Shown piece by piece: positions 1-10,269 of a stretch of DNA of 64,000 nucleotides. Source of the DNA: Armatimonadota bacterium (GTDB lineage: Bacteria > Armatimonadota > SYMT01); assembly GCA_041690135.1 (NCBI GenBank), contig JAWLHY010000001.1, forward strand, positions 1,376,001 to 1,440,000, written 5' to 3'. Position numbers and translations under genes: made by a program. Position 1 is the stretch's first letter; every line of letters starts with the position of its first letter. The notes beneath the pieces were generated by a model, which did no database searches, was not told the DNA's origin, and worked only from the letters and a program-made list of their open reading frames with translations.

Positions 1-99
1 CTTCACTCTGCGCCGCGACTTCCCGTTCCGCAAGCATCTCTAGCCGCCGCGCCCACCTGAACTTACGCAAATGGTAACGGGGCAAATTGGTCCGGTGGA

Positions 100-2640
100 T
101 CAGCTCCGCCGGGAACTGCGCGTCCCCACTCCCTCGCCGGCTGCACGCCGTCGACCAGCGGTCTCTCCGCGGCGGTTGAACTTGTCGCTGTACATTCGCT
201 GATCAGCCACGCCCAATAGCGACCGGACGTCGCGCCCCTCGCGCGGGAAGCAGGCGATGCCGATGCTGGCGCTGAGCCCTCCCGCGATCCACGCTTTGGA
301 TTTCTCCTCCAGCGCCTGGCGGAAACGGGTTCCGAACTGGCGCGCTTCTTCTTCGCCCGCATTGGCCAGCACCACCACGAACTCGTCGCCCGCGTACCGG
401 CAGGGGAGGTCCGTGTCGCGCGTCAGCTGCCGGAGCAAGTCGGCGATTTTCCGGAGCACCTCATCGCCGTGGAGGTGGCCGGTCGTGTCGTTGACCTGCT
501 TGAAGCCATCCAGGTCGATCATCATCACCGCGAAGCGGTCCGTGATGTCGCCGGGGTCGCAACCCTCCGAGGGGCTGCAAAGGGTTTCCACGTGGTGGAT
601 CAGGCTGCGGCTGTTCGGAAGTCCCGTAAGCGGATCGGTGAGCGACAACTCGCGGGTCTGCTCGTACCGGCGGGCGCTGGCGAGGGCGGCCGCGGTGTGT
701 TCGGCGACGATGTTGATCACCCCCAGATGGTGCTCCGCGAGGACGCTGTAACCCGTGGTGTACAGCGCAAGAACCCCGATGGTGGCGCCGCTTTGCACCA
801 GGGGCACGCAGGCCGCGGCGGAAAGCTCTATCATCTCGTTAGGGTTGAAGCGTCGTCCCACGTCCAGGGAGGCCTGGGCGTTCATCTGGGGCTGCAGCGT
901 TTCCGCGACCCAGCCGGACACGCCTTCGCCCCGGTTGATGGTCAGTCCCGCTAGCTTCTCGGAATAAAGGCCGCTGATGCCGGTGGCCTGCAGGTTTCCG
1001 GTGCCCTCATCGCAGAGATAGATGATCGCCGTGTCTGCCGGGAGCAGCAACAGCACCCGGTCCAGAACTACCTTAAGCACGTCGTGGACGGTGGACGCTT
1101 CCGCCAGGCCCTGGGCCAGGTCGCACGCGGCGGACATCTCCGCGGCGGACTGGCCGATCTGAGAGAGGGCCCAGTTGGAGTCGAGTTTCTGCGTCTCACC
1201 GGGCTCGCCGGAGCGCAAGGCCGCTTCCCGGGCTTCCATCTCGGCCACGCGCGCGCTGACTTCCGGCAGGATCTGGCTGAACAGTTCCACCAGTCTCGGG
1301 TCGAACTGCTTGCCGGAGCCGTCCCGCAGCACGGCAATGGCGCCGTCCAGGCTCATAGCAGGGCGGTAAGGCCGGTTAGAAGTGAGCGCGTCGAATACGT
1401 CGGAGATGGCCATGATCCGCCCGCCGATGGGAATGTCCTCACCCTTCAGGCCCATCGGGTAGCCCAGGCCGTCCCATCGCTCGTGGTGGGTCAGCACGAT
1501 CGGAATCACCGGCCAGGGGAACGGCACCGGCGCCAGGATCTCCGCCCCGATGGTCACGTGCGATTGGATGCGGCGGAACTCTTCCGGCGTCAGCTTGCCC
1601 GGTTTCCCCAGGATTCGCTCCGGAATGCCGATCTTGCCGATATCATGGACCAGCGCACCGGTGCGGACGGCCTCCAACTCGGAGCCGCTCAACCCCGCCG
1701 CCTCTCCCAGGGCCACCGAGTACATTTGCACCCGGTTGATGTGGGAACGGGTGTAGCGGTCCTTCGCGTCGATCGCTCGCGCCAGGGAGGTCAGGATGGC
1801 CGAGTTCATCTCCTTCAGTTCCTCGATATGGCGCCGGTCCTGTTCGACCTTGTCCGCATAGAGGTTCATCCGGTCCACGTAGACGCGGTAGAAGTGGTAG
1901 ATGAAGTAGATCGGCGCGACGAGGATGAGGGCCCAGCCCCGGATGTAGGGCGTGGAGTAGGCGGCGTAGATCACGACCGCCACGGAAGCCGACACGTAAT
2001 AGCTCAGGCCGGTCCACAGGAAGTTCTCGCGCCAGATTCGGAGCACGCTCTGCGAATTGATGAGCGCGAGGGCCAGGGAAACGCCGGCCGTGTTGATCAG
2101 GAAGTAGACGGTCTGAAACGCGAACGCCCCCGTGGCATAGGCGCCGATGCCCGAAAGGTTATCCAGATTGCTGCGCGTAGCCCCGGCGGCGACTCCGGAC
2201 GGGTCTATCCCTAGCGCCCGTAGGGACCACGCGCGAGCGGCTTCGTAGGCGAAGGCCGCGGCAACACAGGCGAGAATGCAATTGGCGGCGTTAAAGGCCG
2301 CCCTGTAGTCCTGCAACCGGATGGTCGGGGGTTTGCCGGGAGAATGCTTGACCATCGTGCCCGACATTGCGCCGAGCGCGGCGCAGAGCACGGCGGCCCA
2401 CGGTCCCTGCAGGAGCATCGCGAGGCAGACGATGGTCGAGGTGAGGGTCATCCGACCGTCCCGGACGGTCAACTCGACCTTCCAGATGCTGACGATGACG
2501 CTGAACGCCACCAGGATGCCCAGCATCCCCAGGTTATCCGGTGGACGGAGGAACGTTAGCGCGGAAAGGCTGGCGAGACCGACGCCAACCGTCGCCACGA
2601 TATAGACCTTCAGCAGAGAAGGAAGACTGCTGAATTTCAT
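100..2640 (-). CDS. Membrane-anchored c-di-GMP enzyme: multi-TM sensor + HD-GYP + GAF + GGDEF
   Basis: Hydrophobic N-terminus; AIDAKD..T..H, HDIGK and HHERWDGLGYP (HD-GYP); GAF segment; TDPLTGL, DLDGFKQVND..GH..GD and RYAGDEF with RDTD I-site. Confidence 0.92.
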   Translation of the reverse strand: MKFSSLPSLLKVYIVATVGVGLASLSALTFLRPPDNLGMLGILVAFSVIVSIWKVELTVRDGRMTLTSTIVCLAMLLQGPWAAVLCAALGAMSGTMVKHSPGKPPTIRLQDYRAAFNAANCILACVAAAFAYEAARAWSLRALGIDPSGVAAGATRSNLDNLSGIGAYATGAFAFQTVYFLINTAGVSLALALINSQSVLRIWRENFLWTGLSYYVSASVAVVIYAAYSTPYIRGWALILVAPIYFIYHFYRVYVDRMNLYADKVEQDRRHIEELKEMNSAILTSLARAIDAKDRYTRSHINRVQMYSVALGEAAGLSGSELEAVRTGALVHDIGKIGIPERILGKPGKLTPEEFRRIQSHVTIGAEILAPVPFPWPVIPIVLTHHERWDGLGYPMGLKGEDIPIGGRIMAISDVFDALTSNRPYRPAMSLDGAIAVLRDGSGKQFDPRLVELFSQILPEVSARVAEMEAREAALRSGEPGETQKLDSNWALSQIGQSAAEMSAACDLAQGLAEASTVHDVLKVVLDRVLLLLPADTAIIYLCDEGTGNLQATGISGLYSEKLAGLTINRGEGVSGWVAETLQPQMNAQASLDVGRRFNPNEMIELSAAACVPLVQSGATIGVLALYTTGYSVLAEHHLGVINIVAEHTAAALASARRYEQTRELSLTDPLTGLPNSRSLIHHVETLCSPSEGCDPGDITDRFAVMMIDLDGFKQVNDTTGHLHGDEVLRKIADLLRQLTRDTDLPCRYAGDEFVVVLANAGEEEARQFGTRFRQALEEKSKAWIAGGLSASIGIACFPREGRDVRSLLGVADQRMYSDKFNRRGETAGRRRAAGEGVGTRSSRRS

Positions 2641-2930
2641 CGGAATGTGATCCCGAGCATGACAGTGGCGTCCGGGGGCGCGTGTGGATGGATTTGCGGC
2701 GAGTGTGCCGCGTTGAACCTATATTCGGACATCTATTCGGAAATTATATGTCTGTTTAGGAGAAAGCGAGATGGGGGCAAAACGCCCGGACGGATGGGGA
2801 CGAATTACCCCCCGATCGCCTGCCGGGATCCCGGCGCCGCTCCCTTTCTCATTCGCCGACGGTCCGCCGTCCCCCTTTGGATACGGAATCGGCGCACGCG
2901 GGTGCGCCCACAGCAAGCAAAGGACCTGAA

Positions 2931-3191
2931 ATGCCCGAGGATGCCAACCCTTCCGCCTTTTTTTTGCAGATGCGGGACGAGCTGTTCCGCGAGCTGGCGG
3001 ATGCCGAACAGGAGTGCGCGCAGGTACGCGTGGCGGTGGAGCGGATGGAGAGCGATCTTCGGATCGGCAGGCCCGAGCCCGCGGAGTACGCGGAGACCAA
3101 GGGGCACCTTCTACCTCGCGCCGAGCGCCGGATCATCGAGGCCTACCAGCAGCTCCTCAAATTGGAAGACAAAATCGCCGGTCGCGCATAA
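2931..3191 (+). CDS. Small helical/coiled-coil hypothetical protein (86 aa)
   Basis: ATG 2931 with AAGGA upstream; E/L/R-rich helical composition. Confidence 0.6.
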   Translation: MPEDANPSAFFLQMRDELFRELADAEQECAQVRVAVERMESDLRIGRPEPAEYAETKGHLLPRAERRIIEAYQQLLKLEDKIAGRA

Positions 3192-3485
3192 GTAGTTGCC
3201 CACTACCCAGCTCCCGTCAGGCCAAACCAGTAAGCTCCCGGAGCCTCAGTGTGGACCCGCCGTTTGCATCGGCGCCTTGCGGCCTTGCCCTCGGCTCCCG
3301 TCCCGCACTACGGACCCTACCAGCGAAACACCGCGTCCACAGGCCCCAACCAGGTGGACCGGAATGTAGGGGCATCGGCCCTGGTTGCCCTCGTCTTGCC
3401 TCTGATCAGCGACCGCAAAAGGGTTCGCCATCGGGCATGCCGCCGCCGTTGCACTTACCCCAACTCTCGCAATGTGCAGGTACGT

Positions 3486-5549
3486 TCATCGGGATCTCCG
3501 CTCCGGCGACCCCGGTTCGGCACGATTCCGGATTGGCATCACCAACTGCCGGAGATCGAACCGCTGCCGTTCCGGAATCCAGCCGTATTCCCAGTAGGAA
3601 CGGTCGGGAAAGGCCGCCACCACCCGTGGAAGATGCGCTCCCGGATGCAGCGCATAGATCACGTCCTGTTCGTGAGGCCAGGGCGAGTTCGCCCAGAGCC
3701 CCAGGCTGATATTGCTGCTGATACCGTTGGGGTCGATCCAGGGCGGTTCAGTGCGCTGGTGTCGGCGCACCGAACCGCGAACGGCCTTCAGCAGGGCTTC
3801 CGTCAATCTCTCGGTACGGTCCGAACGCGTGGACTTGTCCCACTCCGTTAGCCGGGCATCCAACCAGCCCGGATCCAGGCGATCCACGGCCGCCTGGGCC
3901 GCTGCGAGCGTCACCCCGCGCCGCCGCAGCTCCTCGCAGCGTAGGCGGCCGTAGTCGCGGATGAAGACCACGGCTCGCCCCACCTTTCGTCGTTCCGCTT
4001 CCCGCACCAGTCGTGTGCTCGCCCCCCAGAAATCCCTACCGTACCAGTGAAGGAGCAAAGGCAGGTTCACCAGCAGGCCTGCAACGGTGAGCAGGAATAG
4101 TGCCTCTCGCAGCCGCCCTAGCCCCAGCGCCGCAGACTCCCCGCGGCGGCGGGAAAACGCAATGCCGGCAGCCATCAACCCCCGCGCCGAGAGCAGGATG
4201 AGGGCCGGCACGCCGGCGTAGAGGAACCGGGGTCCCAGGCAAAGGTCCTGGAAGAAGTAGGGAAGATAGGCAAGGCTCAGGGAGGCGAGCATCGCCAGCA
4301 GCACCCCATCAGCGCGCTTCCGTCTGGGCAGTAGGAGGCAGCACAGGAGCGGCAGCAAGCTCGGGAGCGGCCACTCAAAGAGGTACCTGGCGGCGCCGTC
4401 CCAGTTGGCGGCGAAGTGGGCGAGCCCGGCCGCCAACGTATGCGGCGACCCCCACTGGGCCTGGCCGAACCCCCATCCGCTGTTCCCCCACTGGGCCTGG
4501 TAACCGGTAACCCATGGCGAGCCGGTGGTCGCCGCGTTGAACAGCAGGAGGGGTGCTCCACCCATCAGGCTTCCCGCAGCGAGCGCAATGGCTTTGCGAC
4601 CGCGGTCACCGGTCGGTCGGGTGAGCGCGGCAACGATCAGAGGAAAGGCGACCGCCACGCCGCACAGAGGGCGCGTGCACATGGCAAACCCCAGCGCCAG
4701 CCCACCCAGGAGAAGCCTCGCCGGCCGAGGGTCGGGTGCGCTGGCCTTCAACGCCGGTGCGAGGCAACACAGCGCCGCGCAGACCCAGAACAATGTGGTG
4801 ACGTGGTTCATCCGCTCGCCGGACATGAACCAGACGAACGGAGAGAGGCAAAACAGCCAGAGTGCGAGGCGAGCGGTCCGGGGCCCGTACAGTTGCCTCG
4901 CCGTTGAGTGGAGCAGCACTGCGCTCAGGGCCGCCAGCACGGGCATGCTCAGCCACGGCACCCCCAATACCACCCCCAGGGCAAGTACGGCGGCATGCCC
5001 GGGCGGGTACTGCGCGTACCAGCGTCCCGCCTGCTGGACCATGTACTCGCTGCGTAGGACCCAACCTTCCTCCGGGACTGGCGCCCAGGCTCGACCGCGG
5101 GCGAAGATCTGGGCCTGGAACTGCTGCGCGATACTGTCCTGGATGTGGGGAATCCCCTCGAAGACCCCCAGCGAAATCGCCGTCGCGATAAGGAACAGCA
5201 GGCCGGCCGGCAGCCACGGATAGGCTTGGCGTGGGAGCGAGGGGACCCGTATTGGGCGACTGCTTTGCGCGCGAAGGAACAGACCCCAACCAAAGAGGGT
5301 CGCCGGGAGCCATTCCCAGAGTACGCCGGCCAGGGCTGCCTCCCAGGACCACTGCCCCGAAACCGTGCCGATGTGCAGCCACCCCTCCAGCTTGTTGTCC
5401 AGCAGCACCCGCGGGTCGCCCCAGGCCCCCGCCGGCAACCCCCGGGAGAGGCAGATCCCGTTGCGGAATCCCAGCAGGAGCAGGGCCGCCGCCATCCAGG
5501 CCCAGCCTCTCCCCGCACCGCCTTGCTCTTTCAAATAGGTTGCTGCCAC
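3486..5549 (-). CDS. GT-C/ArnT-PMT-like integral membrane glycosyltransferase
   Basis: Multi-TM; PHIQD, YAQYPPG, SPF..FMSG..MNH and GPRFLY motifs. Confidence 0.75.
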   Translation of the reverse strand: MAATYLKEQGGAGRGWAWMAAALLLLGFRNGICLSRGLPAGAWGDPRVLLDNKLEGWLHIGTVSGQWSWEAALAGVLWEWLPATLFGWGLFLRAQSSRPIRVPSLPRQAYPWLPAGLLFLIATAISLGVFEGIPHIQDSIAQQFQAQIFARGRAWAPVPEEGWVLRSEYMVQQAGRWYAQYPPGHAAVLALGVVLGVPWLSMPVLAALSAVLLHSTARQLYGPRTARLALWLFCLSPFVWFMSGERMNHVTTLFWVCAALCCLAPALKASAPDPRPARLLLGGLALGFAMCTRPLCGVAVAFPLIVAALTRPTGDRGRKAIALAAGSLMGGAPLLLFNAATTGSPWVTGYQAQWGNSGWGFGQAQWGSPHTLAAGLAHFAANWDGAARYLFEWPLPSLLPLLCCLLLPRRKRADGVLLAMLASLSLAYLPYFFQDLCLGPRFLYAGVPALILLSARGLMAAGIAFSRRRGESAALGLGRLREALFLLTVAGLLVNLPLLLHWYGRDFWGASTRLVREAERRKVGRAVVFIRDYGRLRCEELRRRGVTLAAAQAAVDRLDPGWLDARLTEWDKSTRSDRTERLTEALLKAVRGSVRRHQRTEPPWIDPNGISSNISLGLWANSPWPHEQDVIYALHPGAHLPRVVAAFPDRSYWEYGWIPERQRFDLRQLVMPIRNRAEPGSPERRSR

Positions 5550-5736
5550 AGGTAGGTGAAAACGTCTCCAGCCACGCGATCAAAGCAGTAACTGGTCCGG
5601 CCGCATCACGGGATGCTTCACCAAGCATAATACGGTTGGCGCTATCCGTGGAGGAATGATCGAAGCAAATTCGGATGTGGGGACGGCGGGTATTCCTTCC
5701 GGCAGTAGGCACCGGGTAGACCGGCGGAGGAGTCAA

Positions 5737-6177
5737 ATGAAGTACTTCACTCGGGAATTGTACGAGAGTATCCAGCCAGGCTCGGGGGTGCCGGAGGAAG
5801 AGGCGGACCGGCAGTGGCAGGAGCGTAGTCAGGCCTATCAACGGCACCTCGATGCGATCCGCGCGCGCCTCCCTGCGGGCATGCAGTTGCTGGCGGAAAA
5901 CTCGCTCCACGACGGGGTCGTTCTCGGCGTGAAACAACTCCCGGATGGACGGCTTCGCCTGGAAACTGACGCAACCCAGAACCCCTGGGGACCGCGCGGG
6001 GTGTTCACGTTGACGTTTTCCGGCGTTCGAGAAGTGGAAGGTCTGGAAACCATTGTCGGGGACTGGTGGCTCTACGAGGAAGCACACCTGCACCCCCGGG
6101 CGGCTTTCGATTTCCGTGTACTGTTCTCCCAATCCCAGTTCAGAGTGGTAGCCGAGGAAGTAGAGCTTGCCGGCTGA
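5737..6177 (+). CDS. DUF4085-like hypothetical protein
   Basis: MKYFTRELY start with GGAGGAG RBS; LHDG and WWLYEE motifs. Confidence 0.65.
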   Translation: MKYFTRELYESIQPGSGVPEEEADRQWQERSQAYQRHLDAIRARLPAGMQLLAENSLHDGVVLGVKQLPDGRLRLETDATQNPWGPRGVFTLTFSGVREVEGLETIVGDWWLYEEAHLHPRAAFDFRVLFSQSQFRVVAEEVELAG

Positions 6178-6490
6178 CCGGGAAGGACAATCTTCCGGAC
6201 CACCAGTTCCCTTTGGGCTTTCGCAACCATGGAAGACCTCCACAACGACGCATTCTCCATCTACCTCTGCAGTCGTCGCTTGGGTTATGTGGAGTTGCGG
6301 GTTTGATGGGCCCGCGCTCGACGTCACATGAATACGCCCATGACGACTAGCCAGAAATTCAAGGGGATGACGAAGCCGCCATACAGCTACGGATAGGGCA
6401 CCAAACCGATGTGAGGAACGCCCCAATCCAGCACATCGCGAAGACGATTAGCGAAAGTTTGAAAAGCCGCTACTCCGGACGCCCCGCGAT

Positions 6491-6850
6491 GTGCGTGAGA
6501 GCCATCTCCGCCGTCTGGTCCGGCAGGTCGCCGTGCAGCAGCAGGGTCAAGAAATAGCCCGGTTGAGCACCAGTTCCATCATGGCCGTCATCGATCGCTT
6601 GGAAAAGGCCGGCTTTGCACGGGGGGACAAAGATCCCCACGACCGCCGTAAAGTCATCGTCGTGCCGGTCGCGGAAGCGGCCAAGAGTCGCATCGCACCA
6701 CTCTTCGAGGCGATGGGATCCGCTATGGAAGAGCTGGGCTCCCGTTACAGTCCGGAGGAGCTGGCTCTCATTACGGATTTCGTACGCCGCAGCAACGACA
6801 TCACCCAGGCTGTGACCCAGGAATTGCGTACCCAAGGGGATGGCGAATGA
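6491..6850 (+). pseudogene. MarR family regulator, apparently N-terminally truncated or degraded
   Basis: C-terminal MarR wing AVIDRLEKAGF..DPHDRRKVIV is present, the N-terminal helices are not recognisable, and the start is poor. Confidence 0.55.
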
Positions 6851-6936
6851 ATGTCCGACCAACCGCCCCATCGAAAGAACGTGGCCTGTGATCCTGGCTG
6901 ATCCCCGCACGTGACGGTGGCTGGCTTCCGATCTTT

Positions 6937-8385
6937 TTATGGCTCCCGGCTGACCAGATCGAAGATTTGTCCGCGGACGGGCGAAGCCTGGAAATGGTGG
7001 TCCTGGGGTACGGCACGCGCGGGCATCCCACCCAGTGGACGCATGTGGAGCCCGGTGCGGATGTGGGAGCCCGGCCGTAGGGTGAGGCGATAGCGCGGCA
7101 GGAGCAGTGCCAGCACCAACTTGACCTCCTGCATGGCAAAGGCCCAACCGATGCACATGTGCGGTCCGGCGCCGAACGGCAGGTACTCGTAGGCAGTTCG
7201 CTCCAGTTCTGCCCAGCGCTCCGGTCGGAACCGGTTCGGCTCCGGGTATAGTTCCGGTATTCGATGGGTGATGAACTCGCTGTAGAAGATCGTCGCCCCG
7301 TCCGGTAACGCGTATCCCCCGAGTTCACAGGCAACCGCGGCGGTCCGCACGCCAATAGGTGCGGGGGGAAGGAGCCGTAGACTTTCTCGGACCACACCGT
7401 CGAGCAGGTTCAGGCTTTCGAGTTGCTCGACGCTTGGCGGTTGCCCCGCATCTAGTATCCCTTCTAGTTCGTCGAGAAGCCCGGCAGCGATCCGCGGGTG
7501 TTGGTCCAGCAGGAAAAGCGTCCAGGTCAAGGCATTCGAAGTGGTCTCGTGACCCGCTACAAACATGGTGAACGCATGGCCCACCAACTCGTCATCCGTG
7601 AGTTGGGCGTCCTCCTCGTCGCGGGCCCGCACCAGGGCGGCGAGCATGTCGCTCGCGGCCCCGTCCGGGGTAATGCCGGTCAGGGGCTCGCTGCGTTTGC
7701 GGGCGATCACCGACCGAATATAGGCTTCCAACTGACCGGACAGATGCTCGGCGCGGCGTGGAGGCATCCCCGGCGCCTTCCAGAAGGGCCCCCGCGTCGC
7801 CAGGAAGAATGGCGAGGAAGTCAGGTCGATCAGCTTCCGCAGGAGCCGTCCAACGCGGTCCAGTTCCGCCTCGTCATAGACGCCGAACAACGTCTTCACG
7901 GCGATCCGCTGTGTCAGTTGCCGCATCTCCGCATGCAGATCGAACTCTGGCTGCGAGCGCCAGCGGTCCAGCATTTGGCCGGTCAGGACCGCCATGTCGG
8001 CGCAGTACCGGCGGATCTGCGGCTTGTGGAAAGCGGGCTGCATCAGGCGGCGCTGTTGCCGATGCTGCGGGCCGTTCATCGTGGGGAGGTTGTTCTGGAA
8101 CAGGCGTCCCAGTACCGTCCCTTCCGGGAGGCGGAGCAGGTTCACCTTTCCAGACAGGAAGACCTGCGGTTCTGAGAGCAGCCGGTGATTCAGTTCCGGG
8201 CCGAAGGCAAAAACGAGTGACGGATCCCCCTCTGCCCCCGCCACCAGTGGGCCGTAAGTGGCGTACAGCCGGCGCAGCATCCCGAAGGGGTCTCCGTAGA
8301 GCTTTAGCAGTGATAGCCGGCCGCCCACGCCGGGAAGCCCGCGGGGGCCGGGAATGGCCGTGGACGGATGCGTAGCGGCGGTCAT
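6937..8385 (-). CDS. Cytochrome P450
   Basis: I-helix AGHETT, ExxR (ESLR), FRPERW, heme motif FGAGPHMCIG; AGGAG before ATG 8385. Confidence 0.95.
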   Translation of the reverse strand: MTAATHPSTAIPGPRGLPGVGGRLSLLKLYGDPFGMLRRLYATYGPLVAGAEGDPSLVFAFGPELNHRLLSEPQVFLSGKVNLLRLPEGTVLGRLFQNNLPTMNGPQHRQQRRLMQPAFHKPQIRRYCADMAVLTGQMLDRWRSQPEFDLHAEMRQLTQRIAVKTLFGVYDEAELDRVGRLLRKLIDLTSSPFFLATRGPFWKAPGMPPRRAEHLSGQLEAYIRSVIARKRSEPLTGITPDGAASDMLAALVRARDEEDAQLTDDELVGHAFTMFVAGHETTSNALTWTLFLLDQHPRIAAGLLDELEGILDAGQPPSVEQLESLNLLDGVVRESLRLLPPAPIGVRTAAVACELGGYALPDGATIFYSEFITHRIPELYPEPNRFRPERWAELERTAYEYLPFGAGPHMCIGWAFAMQEVKLVLALLLPRYRLTLRPGSHIRTGLHMRPLGGMPARAVPQDHHFQASPVRGQIFDLVSREP

Positions 8386-8679
8386 CAGCAAATCTCCTCG
8401 TAGCAACGCGGTTTCCCGCGTTGCCCGCGCCTCACGACCCCGGATCTACCCGCGGAAGTATCGTCCTCACACAGTACGGGAGCGCAGGCACTTAATTGAA
8501 TGATGAAGCTCTATGAACGGAGTTCGCCGAAGTGTGGGAGAGATCGACAATCTGGGAAAGCGCAGATCATTCGCTGCGACTGACCCAACGACCCGAACTT
8601 CGTACCCGATCGGTGGTTGAGTTGGACCCGTAATAGGCGGCGGTTAGCAGTCAGGAGTCCGCGGCACGTCTGCGTTGAT

Positions 8680-8990
8680 CTATACGGAGCCTTCACCCTG
8701 GCAGCGGCAGTGGAACTCCGGGTGCGTCGTAAAGCTGTGCGAACCCCACCCTTCCGGACATAGGCCGGACAGGTAAAGTGCTCGAACACCGTCTCCAGGT
8801 GGTGACGCGACTGCGGGTGGGCGCAAAGACCCCAGTCCGCATTGAACGGTGCGAAAAAGGAGCAGCCCCCGCACTGTGCGCCTTCTTCGTAGGCCGCCCG
8901 CACCTCCGGCTCATCCGGCCAGCGCCTCTCGTAGAGCCGGCTGGCATCCCCATTCGACCAGGTGTCGGTGATGATCTGATTCTTGTTCAT
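8680..8990 (-). CDS. Small Cys/His-rich putative metal-binding protein, probable frameshift near 8756
   Basis: CGGCSFF..WGLC..H..TVFEHFTC continues plausibly in another frame as EGWGSHSF..HCRC; start overlaps the DHH gene stop. Confidence 0.6.
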
Positions 8991-10078
8991 GGCTCAATCC
9001 AGTCTTGACTCGGCGGGGCCTCATTCGGCTCGGAACCAGGTCGCTCGAAACCGATTGCCGCCAACAAGCGCTCGAACTGCTCTCGCGAAACGATTCCGCC
9101 GGTCGCTTGCGCGTGGCCCTGTCCAAGTTCGTCGGCGCCGGTCGCATTCCGGAACGCACGGAGCCGATCCAGGAGATTCTCTCCCGGACGCCGAGTGCGG
9201 ACCGAAAAGTGGACTCTTCCCGGGGTGTATCCTTCGTTCGCGGCCATCACGATTTGCCGCGGGAGCCGACCGGTCCAGGCCGAGGCCACCAGCCCGTGTA
9301 CCTGGCACGGGGAGGCGAACCGCAGCAGTGCCCAGTCGCCTGCGAAGCGGGGCGCGGTCTTTGAGCACCGGGCACGCTCCGCTTGCACTTCCTCGCGGTA
9401 CTCCGCCAGGCACGCGGTTTGCGGGACCCCTCCCTGTGCGATATCCGCCGGCTGATCCGCCGCTCGCAGCGCGGCTAGCGAGAGATCTGTATCGTGGTTG
9501 GCGGAACGTTTGGCTGCGTTAACGAGCGCCACCACTTCCGTCAGGTTCCTGGCTCCATAACGCTTCTTCGCTTCTGTTACCTCGGGGAAGGGTGCGTTGG
9601 CGCCGAGATCGCCCATCGCCCCCACCGACGCCAGCCAGCCCCGGTCTTCCAGGTCCGCCAGTGGTGCCAGCAACCGCCACACCATGATACTGGTGGTCGG
9701 TACCGGCTCTTCCTTCAGGCCGGAGAGATAGACCTCTACCGGCACGCCTTCCGGGGGAGCGTCATGGTGGTCAACCACCAATGTCGGGATGCCAGGAAGT
9801 ACCGGGCGCGGACGGCTCCCCTGGTCCACCACCACCAGGGCCGAGGGCTCAGAGTTGCGCAGGCGCTCCGGAAAGGGTCCGGTATAAAGATCCTCCCCCT
9901 TGCCGGGCGCCAGGGCGGTGGCCGGGCGCCCGGTGCGCTCGAAGTAGGAGAGCATCAGCGCCGCGGATGCCGTACCATCCGCGTCCCCGTGGAAGGCAAC
10001 CGCTACCCGTGAACCTGCGGGCAGAGCCGTCAGGAATTCGCGCGCCTCTTCGTAGTTTGCGTCGTACTCTCGCGGCAT
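8987..10078 (-). CDS. DHH family phosphoesterase (RecJ-like, DHHA1)
   Basis: HGDADG, VVVDQG, VVDHH, GAMGD and GQGHAQATG motifs. Confidence 0.88.
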   Translation of the reverse strand: MPREYDANYEEAREFLTALPAGSRVAVAFHGDADGTASAALMLSYFERTGRPATALAPGKGEDLYTGPFPERLRNSEPSALVVVDQGSRPRPVLPGIPTLVVDHHDAPPEGVPVEVYLSGLKEEPVPTTSIMVWRLLAPLADLEDRGWLASVGAMGDLGANAPFPEVTEAKKRYGARNLTEVVALVNAAKRSANHDTDLSLAALRAADQPADIAQGGVPQTACLAEYREEVQAERARCSKTAPRFAGDWALLRFASPCQVHGLVASAWTGRLPRQIVMAANEGYTPGRVHFSVRTRRPGENLLDRLRAFRNATGADELGQGHAQATGGIVSREQFERLLAAIGFERPGSEPNEAPPSQDWIEP

Positions 10079-10269
10079 GCCGGTTCTCCACAGCCCTGCT
10101 AAGCGCGTATCCCGGCGATCCTGCGGGAGCCTCGCCGGGATACACAGCTATTTCCCGCCATGCAGACCATACACACCCAGCGGGCAGACCGGGCAAAGGG
10201 TTAGACAGGGTACGCGCCGGGAATGACGGATCAGGAACGAAGGATCGCCAGAGAGGAGTCGCTGATCCG

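Noticed and set aside
1-37. Possible gene start MLAEREVAAQSE on the minus strand at the window edge
   Set aside because: Only 12 codons are visible, so it cannot be supported.
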